Source of the DNA: Promethearchaeota archaeon
GTDB taxonomy: Archaea > Asgardarchaeota > Hermodarchaeia > Hermodarchaeales > Hermodarchaeaceae
NCBI GenBank assembly: GCA_048939625.1
Contig: JBHLPH010000026.1
Span: 1 to 20,795, forward strand
Direction of reading: 5' to 3'
DNA length: 20,795 nt
Position numbers and translations under genes: made by a program. The notes beneath the pieces are model-generated. The model saw only the letters and a list, made by a program, of their open reading frames with translations, did not search any database and had not been told where the DNA came from. Positions 17,175 through 20,795 of this stretch are shown here, piece after piece (the first letter of the stretch is position 1; every line of letters begins with the position of its first letter).

Positions 17175-17792
17175 TCAAACCTCCTTTTCTCCGATGAATG
17201 TGACGAATTCCTCCAAGGGCTGACGACTTGGAGGGTCTGGGTTCTCCGCAGCTTCACCTAATATTATCAATGCTTGAGGCCATAGTTCATTGGATAATTC
17301 TAAGGCTTGTCTGACGGTTTCTGGACAAAACAAAGGTGCACAGAACCAACAACCTGCTAAGCCCTCGGCATGAGCTGCAAGGAGAATCATCTGAATCGAC
17401 GCAGCGACACTTTGTACAGCCATAGTGAACTCTGCTTGCCTTCGTTTTTCATCAGGGTAAGTATCCATCGGGATCATTGTCAGACATGCTACAATCAAAA
17501 CTGGGGCAGAAGAGAAACGTTCAATTGACGCTTGGACTAAATCCTCAATGATTATCGCTTCCTCACCATCTGCTTCCAAATCTTTCCGAAATACCGCCGC
17601 CATTGTCTTTGCGAGTCGTGTTTTCTCTTCAATAGCCTGCAAAATGAAGAATCGCCAAGGCTGCGCATTGTGTGCTGACGGAGCCCACCCACTCGCAGTC
17701 ATAATACGCCTTAGCTGTTCTGTGGTAATCGGTGTATTCAGAAACTTCCGGATGCTTCGGCGGTCCGCAACAAACTCATAGAACTCTTGCAG
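17175..17792 (-). CDS. FMN-dependent nitroreductase of the FbiB C-terminal/FbiE type (probable dehydro-F420-0 reductase)
   Basis: The frame extends 90 nt beyond the track start to include RRSIRKF. Also APSAHNAQPWRF; DLEADG; YPDEKRRQAEFTM; GLAGCWFCAPLFCPETVRQAL. Directly upstream of cofD. Inferred start is CTG 17792. Confidence 0.85.
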   Translation of the reverse strand: MQEFYEFVADRRSIRKFLNTPITTEQLRRIMTASGWAPSAHNAQPWRFFILQAIEEKTRLAKTMAAVFRKDLEADGEEAIIIEDLVQASIERFSSAPVLIVACLTMIPMDTYPDEKRRQAEFTMAVQSVAASIQMILLAAHAEGLAGCWFCAPLFCPETVRQALELSNELWPQALIILGEAAENPDPPSRQPLEEFVTFIGEKEV

Positions 17793-17940
17793 TTATATCC
17801 ACTCCAACCATTGCTGAATAGTTACTCTTACCTTCATAATCTCTTCTAGATGCCGCGCTCATGCCTTGTTTACTCCTCAAACGTTTTTCTTCTACTCACC
17901 ATCTAGACAAATACTTAAGAACGCGTATTTCACGGCTCTA

Positions 17941-18030
17941 GGTAGACTCTGAGGAGGGAACTTGCCCTCACCAGAGCAGGTGCATAGCACCCTTGCGGCT
18001 GCAGAAAAAATTCGCCTACTGAAGGTGGCT
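17941..18030 (+). promoter_or_regulatory. Structured 5' leader (riboswitch-like), unassigned
   Basis: Hairpins 17947-17976 and 17979-17991; GGTAG 17941-17945 can pair with CTACT 18016-18020; alternative hairpin 18014-18029 covers the GGTGG SD. TATA-like ACTTAAG at 17913-17919. Confidence 0.4.
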
Positions 18031-18033
18031 ACT

Positions 18034-20795
18034 ATGAGGCGTACTCAACTCCTTTCCTTATTCTTCCTCACAATGTTATGTTTACCGCTACTTCCCATCA
18101 ACCTCCTTAACGGGATCTCTCCCCAAGCATCCTCTACACCGGCTTTTCGGATGCCTCCTGGTTTGCCAGCTCCCGCAATACCGACACTCCCAATTACTTC
18201 TGATACCTCATATCAACTCCCCGATACAACTGCACAACGACCTGAATTCGCATCCTCAGATCCAGTTCTACCTGAAATCACCAACCCGCAAATTGGAACA
18301 GGAAATCAACGAGCCGCTCAGCTCTATTGGAATATCAGCCAAACCTTCACAGATCGTACTCGTGATACCGACTACCAAGTTGCCATCGAGAAAGGGATGC
18401 TTTATCATGACTCCAGCTTTTTCTCCAGACTAGGTAACATAAGCTCGTGGAAAGACTTCCAATTAGTAGAGAACTATGATCCACTAAATGGCTGGGTTTA
18501 TTACTGGCCCATGGACTACGCCAAATGGCCTGGTGAAATCACCTTCATGGCATTCAACCTCACTGGGAAAATGCCCGTAATCATGACCGAATTTGCGATC
18601 TACCTCCGTTCCCTTCCAGGCTCACTATGTTCTGGAGTAGTAAACTATACTATCTTCGCTGCAGAAGCGAATTCAACATCTGGATTAGGCACTCGTCCCA
18701 ATCTCTCTGCACAACTTGGACCATGGATGCTGGAATCCGTCGATATTCCAACTAACCAAGAACAATGGTGGAGTCTTCCAACGCTACCCATTCCTCTTGA
18801 TCCAGGAATGACCTATGCCAATACTTTCTATTTCGCTATTACCATGACACCCGACACCTCGATAAATTGGGCACTTATGGAAGACGTCGGTACACCTCCT
18901 TGGGGGGATGGTGAAGATGAAGGCGATGCTTGGAACTCCTACCCTTATCCAACCTTAAATTTCCTTTCTGGACCTTCACTTGACTTCTTCCTCGTCTGTG
19001 CATATGAACGATTTCCGTATCCCAGCGAGATTGGCCTCACAGTAGATGGTGCGCTTGTCTACGACATTTACCCAATGCCTGGAGTCGGATACTATGATGG
19101 TGGCTGGCACAGTCCCGCAATCAATATGACCAACAGAGTTCGCTATTATGATGTTGAGCAAATCATTTCAGGTCTAACCTTTGATGTCACATGGCTGGGT
19201 CGGTTTTATGAAACTCTGTTTGCCACAACCCGATTCCAAGTGTGGTCCAACCGCACAACTGTTGACTGGAATATCACACTTTATGCAGACTACCCCACTG
19301 GGGCTATCGACCAATCAATATTAATTTCCATTGAAGATGACTGGACTATCACTCAAGTTTTCCATAATGGAGTACCTCATGCCGATTGGTTCACTTGGTC
19401 TCAAGCAGGACAATATTGGATTCAAATTGAAGATGCAGACGATGGTGAATGGGTCATCCAATGTGAATCACCCGATTATGTTGTCGATGTGTTTGTACGG
19501 AATCAATACGATGTTATTGTCACCGAGGTGTACTCAGCTGACTGGGTTACCATTTATGGTCATATTCAAAATTCCCTGGGCAATAACGTTTCCAATGGTC
19601 AAGGATACTTATTCGTTTATGATCCCTTTGATACCCTAAACTGGACAGACTTCAATTGGTTAATACCGCCACCGCCTGCACTTATCGACTTTTATTGGAA
19701 CGTCTGGCAAACTGCATTCGCCCTTGGAGATTACACACTTCATGTCTTATGGTTCAACGGGTATGAAGCCGGAATGCGAGAAATCACCCTCAAAGTTAAC
19801 GAATCTCCAACTTATCTTACTATTCACGCGGAAGAACCACCTCCCGGTTTCGATATAGTTCGCGGTCAAAAAATCGAGCTCATCGTCTATTATGAAGACT
19901 ATACCTTCTACCCGTTATACGAAGCAACTGTCACAGTCGAAAATGACACCAGCGGTTCAGACTGGGATACCTATGATGTCTATAACCTCGCTGGTGAAGG
20001 ATATTATGGCTATTACCATATTGTCATCTTTACCGACAATGCCAGTGTAAATGTCCAACATAACATCACACTTCACGTGGTTCAAAATACCTACCAAGAG
20101 CGAACCTACCCAAAAACCTTCAAAATCAAGAGTGCCGCATCCCATATTATCTTTATCAACGGTGCTGGACTCGACAACAGCAGCGGGGTCTGGCGTACCA
20201 GCCCTGAACCCCTAATCAACTCCACAAACCATGAATTTACCATTCTTTACACGGATGATGTTGGTATTCCGATTTCTGGCGCCATTATTTTTGCCTATCT
20301 GGTGAAAGGACCAACTGAATACGATTATCGGCGCTTGGATTGGGAAGACCTCTCTGAAGGTGAAGTCACAACAGGTCTCCGCGGACAATACAATATCACA
20401 GTCGATCTGAACCCGATTCGTGGTGTTAGCTTCCATGAAGGCGAAGAAGCGGTCCTCATCGTCTCTGCGTATCATCCGGCTCTCGAAGCTCCCGAAGAAG
20501 GAATTGCCTTTGTACGCCCACAACCACGTCCGTCTGTGATTAATGTACCATTGGAGTTCCAAAATATTGTGCTCTACGAAGATTGGCAATACCCGACTAT
20601 TGAGCATCCGACTATCCTGCGAGTTGTTCTCCGTGACACCCTCACTGGCGAAGACCTCTCACATGGTACAGTCAAAGCCGGAATCAATGGTGGTGATAAT
20701 GTAACTTTGACTCTTGCTACGCCGGGTATTGGACTTTATGAAATCCCCAGTTTGACCACCGAAGGACGTGAACCTGGAATCTATAATGTTACTAT
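18034..20795 (+). CDS. Large secreted cell-surface glycoprotein with Ig-like beta-rich domains (runs off the right edge)
   Basis: Not in the ORF track. ATG 18034 follows GAAGGTGG and the frame is open for 920 codons to the edge. Signal peptide MRRTQLLSLFFLTMLCLPLL; Pro/Thr-rich stretch; aromatic beta-strand segments (GEWVIQCESPDYV, FVYDPF, WFNGYEAG, YTDDVGIPISGA); many N-x-S/T sequons. Confidence 0.9.
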   Translation, partial: MRRTQLLSLFFLTMLCLPLLPINLLNGISPQASSTPAFRMPPGLPAPAIPTLPITSDTSYQLPDTTAQRPEFASSDPVLPEITNPQIGTGNQRAAQLYWNISQTFTDRTRDTDYQVAIEKGMLYHDSSFFSRLGNISSWKDFQLVENYDPLNGWVYYWPMDYAKWPGEITFMAFNLTGKMPVIMTEFAIYLRSLPGSLCSGVVNYTIFAAEANSTSGLGTRPNLSAQLGPWMLESVDIPTNQEQWWSLPTLPIPLDPGMTYANTFYFAITMTPDTSINWALMEDVGTPPWGDGEDEGDAWNSYPYPTLNFLSGPSLDFFLVCAYERFPYPSEIGLTVDGALVYDIYPMPGVGYYDGGWHSPAINMTNRVRYYDVEQIISGLTFDVTWLGRFYETLFATTRFQVWSNRTTVDWNITLYADYPTGAIDQSILISIEDDWTITQVFHNGVPHADWFTWSQAGQYWIQIEDADDGEWVIQCESPDYVVDVFVRNQYDVIVTEVYSADWVTIYGHIQNSLGNNVSNGQGYLFVYDPFDTLNWTDFNWLIPPPPALIDFYWNVWQTAFALGDYTLHVLWFNGYEAGMREITLKVNESPTYLTIHAEEPPPGFDIVRGQKIELIVYYEDYTFYPLYEATVTVENDTSGSDWDTYDVYNLAGEGYYGYYHIVIFTDNASVNVQHNITLHVVQNTYQERTYPKTFKIKSAASHIIFINGAGLDNSSGVWRTSPEPLINSTNHEFTILYTDDVGIPISGAIIFAYLVKGPTEYDYRRLDWEDLSEGEVTTGLRGQYNITVDLNPIRGVSFHEGEEAVLIVSAYHPALEAPEEGIAFVRPQPRPSVINVPLEFQNIVLYEDWQYPTIEHPTILRVVLRDTLTGEDLSHGTVKAGINGGDNVTLTLATPGIGLYEIPSLTTEGREPGIYNVT

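Noticed and set aside
17171-17257. N-terminal extension of CofD in the ORF track
   Set aside because: Overlaps the nitroreductase 3' end; a strong AAGGAGG SD points to TTG 17170.
17947-18010. Hammerhead ribozyme (CTGAGGA...GAAA) or glycine/fluoride/TPP riboswitch assignment for the leader
   Set aside because: CUGANGA is present, but stem II does not close onto GAAA and stems I and III cannot be built. Conserved cores of the named riboswitches are absent.
18976-20607. Track ORFs 18976..19161, 19331..19639, 19957..20145 and 20212..20607
   Set aside because: All fall inside the long open frame starting at 18034, in other frames or on the opposite strand.
1-20795. CRISPR arrays, IS elements, integrases, defence genes, selenocysteine read-through
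   Set aside because: No regular direct repeats, transposase or recombinase motifs, or in-frame TGA within conserved domains were seen by eye.

Overview
Gene-dense archaeal chromosomal segment with 20 CDS and no recognisable mobile element, CRISPR array, tRNA or rRNA. It is most likely from an Asgard archaeon, inferred from a gelsolin-domain protein, eS26, TrmY, an archaeal ThrRS editing domain, F420 genes and large N-glycosylated surface proteins. Housekeeping content: serS, cysS, trxB, two tandem PhoU/TrkA-C genes, a CDP-alcohol phosphatidyltransferase, PadR, trmY, rps26e, three clustered phosphohexomutases plus glmU, and cofD with an FbiB-C/FbiE-like nitroreductase. The ORF track misses two CDS that run off the edges: a gelsolin-domain protein with a Pro-rich linker (<1..569, minus) and a secreted beta-rich protein of more than 920 aa (18034..>20795, plus). 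The most notable item is the hypothetical gene at 9811..10521. By eye, against sequences recalled from memory, it resembles both eukaryotic C1orf109/AIRIM and CINP, the adaptors of the SPATA5-SPATA5L1 AAA+ ribosome-maturation complex, so it is a candidate new eukaryotic signature protein. Other leads are a riboswitch-like leader ahead of the surface protein, an apparently obligatory CTG start, and a secreted prenyltransferase-fold protein without the catalytic motif.
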